64,000 nucleotides of DNA, from contig CAYLHQ010000004.1 of assembly GCA_964383585.1 (NCBI GenBank), positions 10,939 to 74,938 on the forward strand, in the 5' to 3' direction. A model generated the notes under the pieces. That model searched no databases and had not been told where the DNA came from. It saw only the letters and a program-made list of their open reading frames with translations. The position numbers and the translations under genes were made by a program. This DNA comes from an uncultured Acidobacteriota bacterium. Its GTDB lineage: Bacteria; Acidobacteriota; Polarisedimenticolia; Polarisedimenticolales; DASRJG01. This document shows, in pieces, positions 19,756-28,560 of this stretch. Each line of letters starts with the position of its first letter. Within the stretch, counting starts at the first letter, position 1.

Positions 19756-20196
19756 CAGACTTGTCGCAGAATCCGGTTTGCCTGAGGAGGTCCCGCTCGC
19801 CCCGCCGGGTGAGATCGAGGGGCGCGAGGTGGCCGGCGTGTTCGAGCGGCTCGGGGAGATCCGCGAGCGGGCGCGGAAGCCGTTCGTGTCCGCGCGCGCC
19901 ATCCTCGACGCGGGCCGCAAGCGCTGATCCCGGTTCTTGCGATCCGGTAGCGCTCCTGACTCCGGGATCGAAGTCATTGGCCCTTTCCGGGACGGCGGGC
20001 GGCCCCGCGGCATCCGCGGAGAGAATCTCCCGCACCGCCGACCTCGGTCCTTCCGCGATCGAGGCCTGGTCGATCTGGCCCGGCGGGACGAGCGGGGTCG
20101 TCGGGTCGCCCGCCTCGCTTCGATTCCTCGAGCGGTTCCTAACCGACGACCCGATCCGGGTCCGGCTCGGGAAGGAGGAGGTGAGTCCGTTCGCCG

Positions 20197-21861
20197 TCAC
20201 GGTCGAGTAATACGTGCCGGCTCCCCGGAGGAGATGATCGACGTCCACCGCGTGGGCAACGGAACGATGTAGAAGGGCCCGAACCGGTAGACGGCGCCTC
20301 CCGGCTCGGACAGCAGGCGGTTGAGGCGCGGGAAGTGGACGAGGTGCGTCCCCATCCACGTTCCCTTGTGCTCGACTACCACGTACCGGCAGTCGTTCCG
20401 CCGCATTGCGTCGAGGATCCGGTCCTCGTACCGGTCCCACGCGTCGGTGCCGGGTTCCGGGATCGTCAACCCGAAGTGGAACCAGAGAGCCGGGTTGAGG
20501 GACGGCCGACCGGCGAGCGCGTAGAGGATCGAGGAATCGCCGAGCAGGAAGAAGTTCCCGGGCCTTTCGTCGAAGAACGTGACCACGGAGCCCAAGTGCT
20601 CCGCGCGCACGACGCCGTAGGTGGGATCGGCGGTGTCCTCGGGTTGGGCGAACTCGAGAAAGGCCATCTCCGACGCGATTCGCGCGCCGTCCTCCGTGAT
20701 CGGACGCTCCCGGAAGTCGTTCAAACGGCGCGTTTCGGTCCAATCGGTGTGGAACCGACGGGCTTCCGATGCCCCGACGAGCAGCGCGGCGGCCGTGATG
20801 GCGAGCGCGAGGCGTCTCGCGACGACCGTCGCGTCACCGACGGCAGTTCGCCACGCGATCGCCGTCAGGCCGAGAGAGACCGGCAAGTACCCGAGACCGT
20901 AGGCCTGCTGGTTGTTCGTCACCGCGATGTATAGCACCGAAGAGACGATGAGGCCGGCTCCGAGAAAGTGAATCGGCATCTGGGCTCGAAGGGAGGCGCC
21001 GAGCTTCCGCGGGGTCTTGGGACCGAAGGCGAGGGCGGCGGCGACGAGGAACCCGAGAACCGAGAGGGCGAGCGTCGGGTAGGCGCGCGGCGCGTCGAGG
21101 AGGATCGCCGACCAGCGCGCCTCGGACAACCGGGCCGCGCCCTGGGTCCGAGGAAGGTCGATCCACGCCTCGCGGGCGACGCTCCAGTCCACGCCGAACG
21201 CCTCCCCGGCCGCGAGGAAAAGCAGGACGGCGGCGAAGCCTCCCGCCGCAAACGCGACGCGCCGGCGCGACACGAGGAGTAGCACGGGGAGGAGGAACAG
21301 CGAAGGAACCTGCTTGCTGAAGACACCGAGCACGACGGCGGCCCCCGCGGCGCCGGCCCAGGCCGTGGCGGCGCGGACGTCCTTGCTCCGGTCCGCATGG
21401 AGCAGGAGATAGGCCGCCAGGAGCCCGAAGGCGAACGAGGCGTGGTCGTGAGACGGAACGCCGACTCCCGGATAAAAGAGGAGGGCCGCGAAGAACGCGA
21501 AGCTCGCCGAGACTACCCTCGTGCCGCCCGCGAGCCGGAGGATGCCGAACGTCAGGAGGGCGAACGCCCCGTTGCAAAGCGCCGCGTGGAGACAGTAGGC
21601 GAACCATGTGACGCCAAGAACCCGAAAGAAGGCGGCCTGGATCAGGATCGGAACCAACCCAGAAGGCGTGGTGAAGTCGCGGTAAGGAACCTGACCGGAC
21701 AGGACGCGCCAGCCTCCGTCGAAGGTGATCGAGTGGTCGAGCGGCATGTACCCGCGGCGGCCGTACTCGAGGCAGACGAGCACCCCGAAGAGCGCGACGA
21801 GCAAGACGATCGGGACGTCCCGGCGAGGGTGCGATACGATGCGGCCCGTCACGGAGAACAC
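20197..21861 (-). CDS. polytopic membrane protein, GT-C fold glycosyltransferase-like (ArnT/PMT family 39-like)
   Basis: More than 10 predicted TM helices. The early loop is ...LDHSITFDGGWRVLSGQVPYRDFTTPSGLVP..., and there is a large C-terminal soluble domain. The start is uncertain (GTG 21861 or 21852). Confidence 0.55.
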   Translation of the reverse strand: MFSVTGRIVSHPRRDVPIVLLVALFGVLVCLEYGRRGYMPLDHSITFDGGWRVLSGQVPYRDFTTPSGLVPILIQAAFFRVLGVTWFAYCLHAALCNGAFALLTFGILRLAGGTRVVSASFAFFAALLFYPGVGVPSHDHASFAFGLLAAYLLLHADRSKDVRAATAWAGAAGAAVVLGVFSKQVPSLFLLPVLLLVSRRRVAFAAGGFAAVLLFLAAGEAFGVDWSVAREAWIDLPRTQGAARLSEARWSAILLDAPRAYPTLALSVLGFLVAAALAFGPKTPRKLGASLRAQMPIHFLGAGLIVSSVLYIAVTNNQQAYGLGYLPVSLGLTAIAWRTAVGDATVVARRLALAITAAALLVGASEARRFHTDWTETRRLNDFRERPITEDGARIASEMAFLEFAQPEDTADPTYGVVRAEHLGSVVTFFDERPGNFFLLGDSSILYALAGRPSLNPALWFHFGLTIPEPGTDAWDRYEDRILDAMRRNDCRYVVVEHKGTWMGTHLVHFPRLNRLLSEPGGAVYRFGPFYIVPLPTRWTSIISSGEPARITRP

Positions 21862-21862
21862 G

Positions 21863-22432
21863 ATGGATCGATCCGCTGGACTCGACAAGCCCTTCGGGCT
21901 CGTTATTCTCGGGATCGTGATGGCAGGTTGCGTCGGTTCTTCCGAGGTCGCGACGCCGGAGCGGGAGGAGACCCCGACCGCGACGGAGAAGGTGCCAGAG
22001 GCGGTGCGCGCCGCGGCAGCTGGAATCGTGGCGGTCCTCGGAGAGGGGGTGGTCTGCCGGGAGTGGTTCTGGGACTCCGAAAGCTCCGATTGGGAGTGCA
22101 CCCTCGAGGGGCTTTCGAGGAAGGCCGAGCTCGACCTCGCGACCGACGGGACCTTCCGGGAACTCGAGCTCGTGTACGCCCTCGACGAGGTCGACGCCGC
22201 TCTCCCCGAAACGGGAGCGTGGATCCACCGGACCTGTCGCGATTTCCCCGGGGAGCTCGTCGAGCTGTCCCTGCGCCGCGAGCACCATCTCGACCCCGTC
22301 CCGACGCTCGCGGAGGCGTGGAGACAAGACGGCGTCGTGCTCGAGATCCAGTGCCCCGACGGCGAAGACTACGAGATCGACGCGAGAGGGCTCGGGATCT
22401 CCCACCGGGGGGACGACCTCGAGACCCCCTAG
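21863..22432 (+). CDS. lipoprotein with PepSY-like repeats (hypothetical)
   Basis: The signal peptide ends in ...LGIVMAGC (lipobox). Two segments of the type EKVPEAVRAAAAG...EWECTLEG...ELDLATDGTFRELE are present. Confidence 0.55.
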   Translation: MDRSAGLDKPFGLVILGIVMAGCVGSSEVATPEREETPTATEKVPEAVRAAAAGIVAVLGEGVVCREWFWDSESSDWECTLEGLSRKAELDLATDGTFRELELVYALDEVDAALPETGAWIHRTCRDFPGELVELSLRREHHLDPVPTLAEAWRQDGVVLEIQCPDGEDYEIDARGLGISHRGDDLETP

Positions 22433-22779
22433 CTCTCGATCTTGTCGATCAGGAGATCGATCAGCTCCTCGCCGCGCCCCCGGAAGTCACGGTACTCGTA
22501 TTCGCTCTCGAACCACCGCGAGACGGGGTCGCTCTCCCCGTCCCGGTGCTTGCGGAGCACGGAGGGGCTCGCGGAGGTGAGCTTCACCACCCGCTCCAGG
22601 ATCGGAGAGGCCGCGGGGTCGGACGCGCGGTGCACGGCCCGGAGGTACGAGACGATCGCGTAGACGAGCACCGGATCGATCCGCTCGGCCGCCGCGACCG
22701 CGCTCGAGGAGGCCGGAACGCCGTTCTCGAGGGCGTGCAGCAATTCGACCGCGTCCCGGCGCTCCTGGAGTGCGCTCAT
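22429..22779 (-). CDS. hypothetical protein (116 aa)
   Basis: ATG 22779 (MSALQERRDAVELL...). GC3 is high and composition is protein-like. No family recognised. Confidence 0.5.
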   Translation of the reverse strand: MSALQERRDAVELLHALENGVPASSSAVAAAERIDPVLVYAIVSYLRAVHRASDPAASPILERVVKLTSASPSVLRKHRDGESDPVSRWFESEYEYRDFRGRGEELIDLLIDKIES

Positions 22780-22790
22780 CGGCCCCCACT

Positions 22791-25700
22791 CTACGGGCAA
22801 ACGGACAGTTCGGCATCCCTCCCCGGAAGTTCCGAGGGGGAACCGTCGTCCCACGTGGCGACGCCGGCACAGTTCCGCCCCCGAGCCAGATAGAAGAAGC
22901 CGTCACCCGGGTCGGGAAGGGCGGCGTCCTCGAGCGAGGTTCCCGGAACGTTCGACGCGAGGCAGGTGTCGGCCGCGGCCGTGAAGTCCCCGGCGGACGC
23001 CGCGAGGATGCCGATCGACCCTCGGGCGACGTCGTATCCGGTCGCCTCCGCCACCGTGCTCCAGGAGATCGCGACCCCTCCCGCCGAACGATCGACGGTC
23101 AACGACGGTGACCCGGCGGGGGCGACGAGGAGCGCACAGACGCAGTACCGGCCCCCGCTTCCGAGAAACCCCGCGGAACCGCTTCCGCCCCACACGAGCA
23201 TCTCGTCTCCGGTCCAGACGGCGCCGTGCAGCTCGCGCGGGCTCGGTGCTCCGAGCGTCGCGGTCGAAAACCACGCGTCGAGGTCGGGACGATACCGTCC
23301 TCCCGTACCTTCGAGGGTTCCGCCCGCCCCCCCCCAAAGCAGCATCTCGAGGCCGTTCCACACCGCCGTCGCCCGTTGCCTCGGACTCGGCGCGTCGGCC
23401 TCGCTGAGGGCGGTCCACGCGTCGAGCGCTGGGTTGTACCGCCCCCCGGAGGCGAGGTAGTCGAACTCGAATCCCCCCCACACGATCATTCCGCTTCCGT
23501 CCCACACCGCGGCGTGAGCGTACCGCGCGAGGGGGGCGCCGGTCGCGGCAACCGGCGTCCACGCGTCGGCCGAAGGGTCGTACCGGGCACCGTCGGCATA
23601 CGGGATTTGACCGTCCTGTCCGCCCCACACGATCATCTCGGATCCGGTCCAGACGCTCCGATGGTCGATCCGCTTCGCGGGAGCGCCCGCGGTTGAGATC
23701 GGAGTCCACGCGTCGGCGGTCGGCGCGTAGCGTCCGCCGTCGGCGAGGTTCCCCGACGCTCCCTGACCGCCCCAGACGATCATCGCGTCGCCCGACCAGA
23801 CGGCGGTGTGCCGGTAGCGGCCGCTCGGCGCCCCGGCGAGGCTCGTCGGCGTCCACGCGTCGGAAGCCGGGTCGTACCGTCCCCCGGAGGAGAGGAAGGT
23901 CGCGGCCCTCCCGCCCCACACGATCATCTCCGAGCCGGTCCAAACCGCCTGATGCTCGCTGCGCGCTTCGGGGGCGCCCGCGAGCGCGGTCGCGCTCCAC
24001 GAACCCGTGACGGGGTCGAATCGTCCTCCCGTCGCGAAGTTCCCGCCGATCCCGGTGCCCCCCCAGACGATCGCCTCGGCCCCGGTCCACACGAGGGTGT
24101 GACGGTCGCGGGCGTCGGGTGCGCCGCCGATCCGGACGGGCGTCCACGCATCGCCGGACGGGTCGTAGCGGGAACCGCTCGAGAGGTAACTGAGCGTGCC
24201 GCGCCCCCCCCACACGATCATTTCGGCCCCCGACCAGACGGCGGTGTGCTCGTAGCGTGCGGCGAGCCCCGCGGGGGCGATCGCGCTCCAGGCGTCCCCG
24301 AGGGGATCGTACCGGGCGCCGTCGTCGAGGTACGACGACGTGCCGACCTGTCCCCCCCAAACGACCATCGCGCTCCCGGTCCAGACCGCGGTGTGACGAT
24401 AGCGCGCGGCGGGTGCTGAGGTCGCGGTCGTGGGAGTCCAGCCGTCGGCGGCCGGGTCGTAAACGCCGCCCCCCGAAACCGGGCCCGCCGCGTCGCGACC
24501 TCCCCAGACGATCATCTCGCTCCCGTTCCACACGGCGGTGTGCAGGTAGCGGGCGAGAGGCGCCCCCGTCGCGCTCGTCGGCGTCCACGATCCCCCCACG
24601 GGATCGAATCGCGCGCCGCCGGCGAGCGGTCCCGATGCGCCCTGGCCTCCCCACACGATCATCTCGGTGCCGGACCAGACGGCGGTGTGGTCGAACCGTG
24701 CGGGGGCCGAGGCCGACGCGGGGATCGGCACCCAAACGTCGCCCGCGGGGTCGTAGATCCCGCCGTCGCCGAGAGCGCCCGCGGCGTTCCGTCCTCCCCA
24801 CACGATCATCTCGCTCCCGGTCCAGACCGCCGTGTGAAGGGAGCGCGCGCCTGGTGCGCCGCCCGAGGCGTTCGGCGTCGTCCAGGTGTCGGAGGAGGGG
24901 TCGTAGCGGGCTCCGTCCCCCAGGTAGCCGGCGGCGTTCCGCCCTCCCCACACCACCATCTCGCGACCGGTCCAGACGGCCGTGTGGTCGTAGCGAGGAT
25001 CGGGGGCGTTCAGTGCGCTCGTCGGTCGCCAGGCATCGGTCGCGGGGTCGTAGATCCCCCCGGAATCGAGCGCCCCCGCCCCGTTGTTTCCCCCCCAGAC
25101 GATCATCTCGGCTCCGGTCCAGACGGCGGTGTGCTGGAAACGCTCGTCCGGCTCCGACCGCATCCGCCCCCAGGTGTCGGGGGTGCAGGTCCCGACGGCG
25201 GGGCCTCCGAGCGGGAGCCCGGCCACGCCCTCGACGGGCGAGGGGAGGGGTGCCGGCTGCTTCGCGATCCAGAGGTCGAACGGGACCTTGTCCCAGGTTT
25301 CGATCGAGACCACGACCCGGCCGAATCCCTTGTCGAGCAGGATCGTCCGCGAGAATCCATCCGGTCCCTCTCCGAGAGGTCCCGCCCGGTTCACGGGAAG
25401 CGCATCGAGGGAAACGGTGTCCGTGTCGATCCCCAGACGCACCGCGAGGTCGCCGATCGTGCGCCGCCCGTCCGGTCCTTCGGTCGGGAGTCGGACCACC
25501 GACCGGCGCGGTGCCAAGCCCGCCTCCGCACGAGCGCGCACCGCGGCGTGGAGCGCCGGGTCCCACGCGTAGCGTTCCCTCGCGAGCCGCTCCGCGACGA
25601 TCGGCCGCGCGAGGGTCTCGGCGACGAGCACGGGGTCGTTGTCGAGGGCGGAGAACAGATCGCGTAGAACGTCGGGGCGCCGGGTGTCGCGCACCATCCG

Positions 25701-25979
25701 ATCGATTTCCCTCCGGAGCGCCGATGCGTCGATCCGGATCCCCCAACGGCGTTCGAGCGCGTCCGAGGCGGCGAGGGTCCGGAGAACCTTCGCGTGGACG
25801 GTCTCACGCGAGGGGGGGACGGGAGCCTCTCCTCCCGAGCGAAGGGCGGAATAGACCGACTCCACGCGGGTCCGCAGCTCGACACGGTCGTCGAGCGAGA
25901 GCGGTCGTGAGTCTTCGTCCGCGAGAAGAGAGGAAGGGAGCGCGAGGGAAACAAGGGCGAGGGCGGCGGCGTGACGCAT
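22791..25979 (-). CDS. secreted Kelch-repeat protein: N-terminal unknown domain, 14 Kelch-like blades, C-terminal FN3-like module
   Basis: Signal peptide MRHAAALALVSLALPSSLLA. Fourteen repeats of about 50 aa of the form H-T-A-V-W-T-G-x-E-M-I-V-W-G-G...G-G-R-Y-D-P-x-x-D-x-W. Confidence 0.85.
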   Translation of the reverse strand: MRHAAALALVSLALPSSLLADEDSRPLSLDDRVELRTRVESVYSALRSGGEAPVPPSRETVHAKVLRTLAASDALERRWGIRIDASALRREIDRMVRDTRRPDVLRDLFSALDNDPVLVAETLARPIVAERLARERYAWDPALHAAVRARAEAGLAPRRSVVRLPTEGPDGRRTIGDLAVRLGIDTDTVSLDALPVNRAGPLGEGPDGFSRTILLDKGFGRVVVSIETWDKVPFDLWIAKQPAPLPSPVEGVAGLPLGGPAVGTCTPDTWGRMRSEPDERFQHTAVWTGAEMIVWGGNNGAGALDSGGIYDPATDAWRPTSALNAPDPRYDHTAVWTGREMVVWGGRNAAGYLGDGARYDPSSDTWTTPNASGGAPGARSLHTAVWTGSEMIVWGGRNAAGALGDGGIYDPAGDVWVPIPASASAPARFDHTAVWSGTEMIVWGGQGASGPLAGGARFDPVGGSWTPTSATGAPLARYLHTAVWNGSEMIVWGGRDAAGPVSGGGVYDPAADGWTPTTATSAPAARYRHTAVWTGSAMVVWGGQVGTSSYLDDGARYDPLGDAWSAIAPAGLAARYEHTAVWSGAEMIVWGGRGTLSYLSSGSRYDPSGDAWTPVRIGGAPDARDRHTLVWTGAEAIVWGGTGIGGNFATGGRFDPVTGSWSATALAGAPEARSEHQAVWTGSEMIVWGGRAATFLSSGGRYDPASDAWTPTSLAGAPSGRYRHTAVWSGDAMIVWGGQGASGNLADGGRYAPTADAWTPISTAGAPAKRIDHRSVWTGSEMIVWGGQDGQIPYADGARYDPSADAWTPVAATGAPLARYAHAAVWDGSGMIVWGGFEFDYLASGGRYNPALDAWTALSEADAPSPRQRATAVWNGLEMLLWGGAGGTLEGTGGRYRPDLDAWFSTATLGAPSPRELHGAVWTGDEMLVWGGSGSAGFLGSGGRYCVCALLVAPAGSPSLTVDRSAGGVAISWSTVAEATGYDVARGSIGILAASAGDFTAAADTCLASNVPGTSLEDAALPDPGDGFFYLARGRNCAGVATWDDGSPSELPGRDAELSVCP

Positions 25980-26575
25980 GATGCCTTCTCCGAGGTGCTT
26001 CGGGACCCGTCTCCACGGCGCCGGGTGAGGAGCGACCGCCGGCCGGCGCGGCACCCGGCGCATGAGCGCATTCGGCCGGATTCGGGGGACCGGAAGTATA
26101 CGACGCACGCGAAGATCGACCTCAAAATCCTCGGGGAGGTGGAGGAGGAGCCGTCGCTTCCGGCTTGTGTCTCAGGATTCCCGAGGCCCGGCCGTGGGGA
26201 AAGCCGCCGAGCCGGACGATGGCGGGCACGGCGTGACGCGAATCGTGGGGACGGGAGGATCGGCGGACGCCGCCGAAGTTGCGGTGGGATCTGGGGATTC
26301 CCTTTCCGCGCCGATCGGAAGCCCAGGGCTCGCGAATGCGCCGGACGGGCGTCGCGATGGAACTCTCGGACCCATCGCAACTTCGGCCGCGTGCGCGGCG
26401 CGAGTCCTCCCCACCCTTCGCGCCACCTTGCGACACACAGCGCCGGCACCGAACTCAGGTTGATCCCGGTCGCCTACGTCACCTTGACGGCGTGGGTCCC
26501 GGGCGCCGCGCTCGCCCGCTGGCGCTTCGAGGCGCGGCGGCGGTCCGCCGCGCCCACGGCCGCCCCCGAGTCGTT

Positions 26576-27829
26576 CTAGCCGGGGAACGCCGCCTTCCTC
26601 CTCCTCATTTCGGAGGCCATCTCCCGGATCTCCGAGAGGTCGCGCACCATCTCGCTCCACCCGTACCAGAGGGCGTAGTCGGGGTTCGCGTGGAACGCCC
26701 CCTGGAAGGCGCGCATCCGATGTTCGAGGTGCATCTCGAAGAGGCGCTGCTCGATCGGGGTCGGGGCGTCGTGAAAGGTCAGGAGGTCGGGGAAGGCGTA
26801 CGCGTACGACTCGGGTTTTCTCAGGATCCCGTCCTTGTAGAGCCCGGCGACCACGCGGATCGCCTCGGCGAGGAGGTGATCCGCCTCGCGGAGCAGGTCG
26901 TCCCCTTTTCGGAGCTCGGCGCGCGCGAAGTTCTCCGAGTGGCAGTCGCTGCAAACGGCGATCAGTTTCTCCCGCTCCCGGTCGAACGCCTCCTGGGTCA
27001 GCCGGGCCACGTCGGCCGCCTTCACCACGTCGAGCCGGGCGGTCGGCTTCCCGTCGGGATCGAGCACGCCGAGCGCCTGGAGGATCGTCGTCTGGTCGGC
27101 CTTCCACTGCGGGTCCTCGGAAAGGGGGAGCCGGACCGCGAGGAACCCCCACGCGGTGCGGACCTCGTGGTCCCCCTTCGGCATGTGGCAGTCTTGGCAG
27201 GTCGGGGCCGGGGTCGTCGCGGGGAGGGTCCCGTTCTGCTTGAGGAGGTAACGCACGCCGTGCTTCGAGGAGGACCACATTTCCCACTGCGGGTGGTCGA
27301 ACCCCATGTGGCAGGTCTGGCAGGCCTGGGGCTCGCGCGCCTCCTTGACCGAGAAGGTGTGGCGGGTGTGGCACGAATCGCACGAGGCGTGGCCGAACAC
27401 GGAGCCTTCGGATTTGAGCCGCCCGATCTCGGCGTCGTCCTTGAAACCGATCTTGTGGCAGCCGCCGCATCCTTTCATCCCGCCCGAGAGCGACATCGGG
27501 AGGGCGTGGGTCGTCGGCATCGCCTTGTAGGAGGCCCATCCGAGAGCGTGCTTCCCTTTCGCGAACTGTCCGTGCTGGGTCTCGTGGCAGACGGCGCAGG
27601 TCGCGGCGGTGACCGTCTTTACCTTCGCCACGTCCGCGGCGGAAGCGTGCTCGCCGCCGTGGCAGGCGTCGCATCCCACCCCGCTCCCGGCGTGCGCGCT
27701 CGCCTTCCAGTCGGCGACGAGGTTCGGGGTGAGCTTCCCGTGACAGGCAACGCAGGCGCCGTCGTCGGCCGCGGTCGCTCCCGGTCCGAGCAGCAGGAGA
27801 AGGGCGGGGATCCAGGCTCGCTTCCTCAT
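26576..27829 (-). CDS. octaheme c-type cytochrome, hydroxylamine-oxidoreductase (HAO)-like family
   Basis: Signal peptide and eight CXXCH motifs (CVACH, CDACH, CAVCH, CGGCH, CDSCH, CQTCH, CQDCH, CSDCH). HAO-like C-terminal helical region ...GAFHANPDYALWYGW.... RBS GGGAGG. Confidence 0.85.
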   Translation of the reverse strand: MRKRAWIPALLLLLGPGATAADDGACVACHGKLTPNLVADWKASAHAGSGVGCDACHGGEHASAADVAKVKTVTAATCAVCHETQHGQFAKGKHALGWASYKAMPTTHALPMSLSGGMKGCGGCHKIGFKDDAEIGRLKSEGSVFGHASCDSCHTRHTFSVKEAREPQACQTCHMGFDHPQWEMWSSSKHGVRYLLKQNGTLPATTPAPTCQDCHMPKGDHEVRTAWGFLAVRLPLSEDPQWKADQTTILQALGVLDPDGKPTARLDVVKAADVARLTQEAFDREREKLIAVCSDCHSENFARAELRKGDDLLREADHLLAEAIRVVAGLYKDGILRKPESYAYAFPDLLTFHDAPTPIEQRLFEMHLEHRMRAFQGAFHANPDYALWYGWSEMVRDLSEIREMASEMRRRKAAFPG

Positions 27830-27889
27830 CGTGACCTCCCAGGGGTGAAGCCGGAGAACGATTATGCACGCAAGCGGGGAAAGGGACGC

Positions 27890-27905
27890 TGTGACTTCGG
27901 TCACA
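27890..27905. promoter_or_regulatory. CRP/FNR-family type binding site TGTGA-N6-TCACA
   Basis: TGTGACTTCGGTCACA is a perfect inverted repeat. It is centred in the 122-bp divergent region between the HAO-like gene (ATG 27829) and the hemerythrin gene (TTG 27952). Confidence 0.45.
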
Positions 27906-27951
27906 CCGGAATCGCCCAAGAAGGCGCACGTTCGGCAGGGAGGAGGCGCTC

Positions 27952-28560
27952 TTGAGACCCACCCAAGTGTTGAAGAACGAACACCGCGTGATCGAACTCG
28001 TCCTCGACTGCCTCGACGCGATGGCGGCCCGCTGCGAGGCGGACGGAAGGCTCGACGGCGAATCGGCCCGCGAGGCGATCGGCTTCTTCCGCAACTTCGC
28101 GGACCGATGTCACCACGCCAAGGAAGAGAACCAGCTCTTCCCCCTCATGGAGGCGCGAGGGTTCGACGCGAACGCGGGGCCGACCGCGGTCATGCGGCAC
28201 GAGCACGTGATGGGGCGTGCGTACGTCGCTGCGATGGAACGCGCCGTGCCGGGAGCCTCCGCGGGAGAGGCGGAGCCGCGCGCGGGTTGGCTCGAGGCGG
28301 CCCGTGCCTACTCCTTCCTGCTCCGCGAGCACATCGACAAGGAGGACCATTGCCTCTTCCCGATGGCCGATCAGGGTCTCCTCGCGACCGACGTCGCACG
28401 ACTCACGGAGGAGTTCCTGAGGGTCGAGCGGGAAGAGATCGGGCCCGGGGTCCACGAACGGTACGTCGCGCTCGCGGATGCCCTGGCCGACCGGTTCGGC
28501 GTCAGCAGGGAGGGAGTTCCGGACGCCGCCCGGTCCTGCGGGTGCTCGGGGCAGCATTGA
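27952..28560 (+). CDS. hemerythrin-like (HHE cation-binding) domain protein
   Basis: LKNEHRVIE, CHHAKEENQLFPLM, MRHEH, and HIDKEDHCLFPMAD. TTG start 6 nt after AGGAGG. Confidence 0.85.
   Translation: MRPTQVLKNEHRVIELVLDCLDAMAARCEADGRLDGESAREAIGFFRNFADRCHHAKEENQLFPLMEARGFDANAGPTAVMRHEHVMGRAYVAAMERAVPGASAGEAEPRAGWLEAARAYSFLLREHIDKEDHCLFPMADQGLLATDVARLTEEFLRVEREEIGPGVHERYVALADALADRFGVSREGVPDAARSCGCSGQH

Noticed and set aside
22429-22432. Convergent genes sharing a CTAG tetranucleotide so that both end in TAG (also at 30718-30721)
   Set aside because: This is real in the sequence but involves only two cases. CTAG is self-complementary, so a shared stop is an expected by-product of tight convergent packing. 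There is no evidence of function.
23110-25100. Regular periodicity of about 150 bp that could be mistaken for a CRISPR array or satellite
   Set aside because: The period equals one Kelch blade (about 50 codons). The units are in frame, diverged at synonymous and non-synonymous sites, and have no spacer/repeat alternation.
22903-25746. 947-aa alternate-frame ORF inside the Kelch gene, with several 100-570-aa plus-strand ORFs in the same span
   Set aside because: The 22791-25979 frame gives 14 regular Kelch blades and a signal peptide. The alternatives translate to RRxGR/PRR low-complexity strings.
25980-26575. 600-bp gap between the Kelch gene start and the HAO-like gene stop, with track ORFs of 104-202 aa
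   Set aside because: All candidate ORFs translate to Arg/Gly/Pro-rich strings without start context. I see no repeat, RNA-gene or riboswitch signature I can support, so it is left unannotated.
26172-28094. 640-aa minus-strand ORF overlapping the HAO-like gene and the divergent intergenic region
   Set aside because: It is in a different frame from the eight-CXXCH reading frame, has Arg/Pro-rich composition, and crosses the promoter region and the hemerythrin start.
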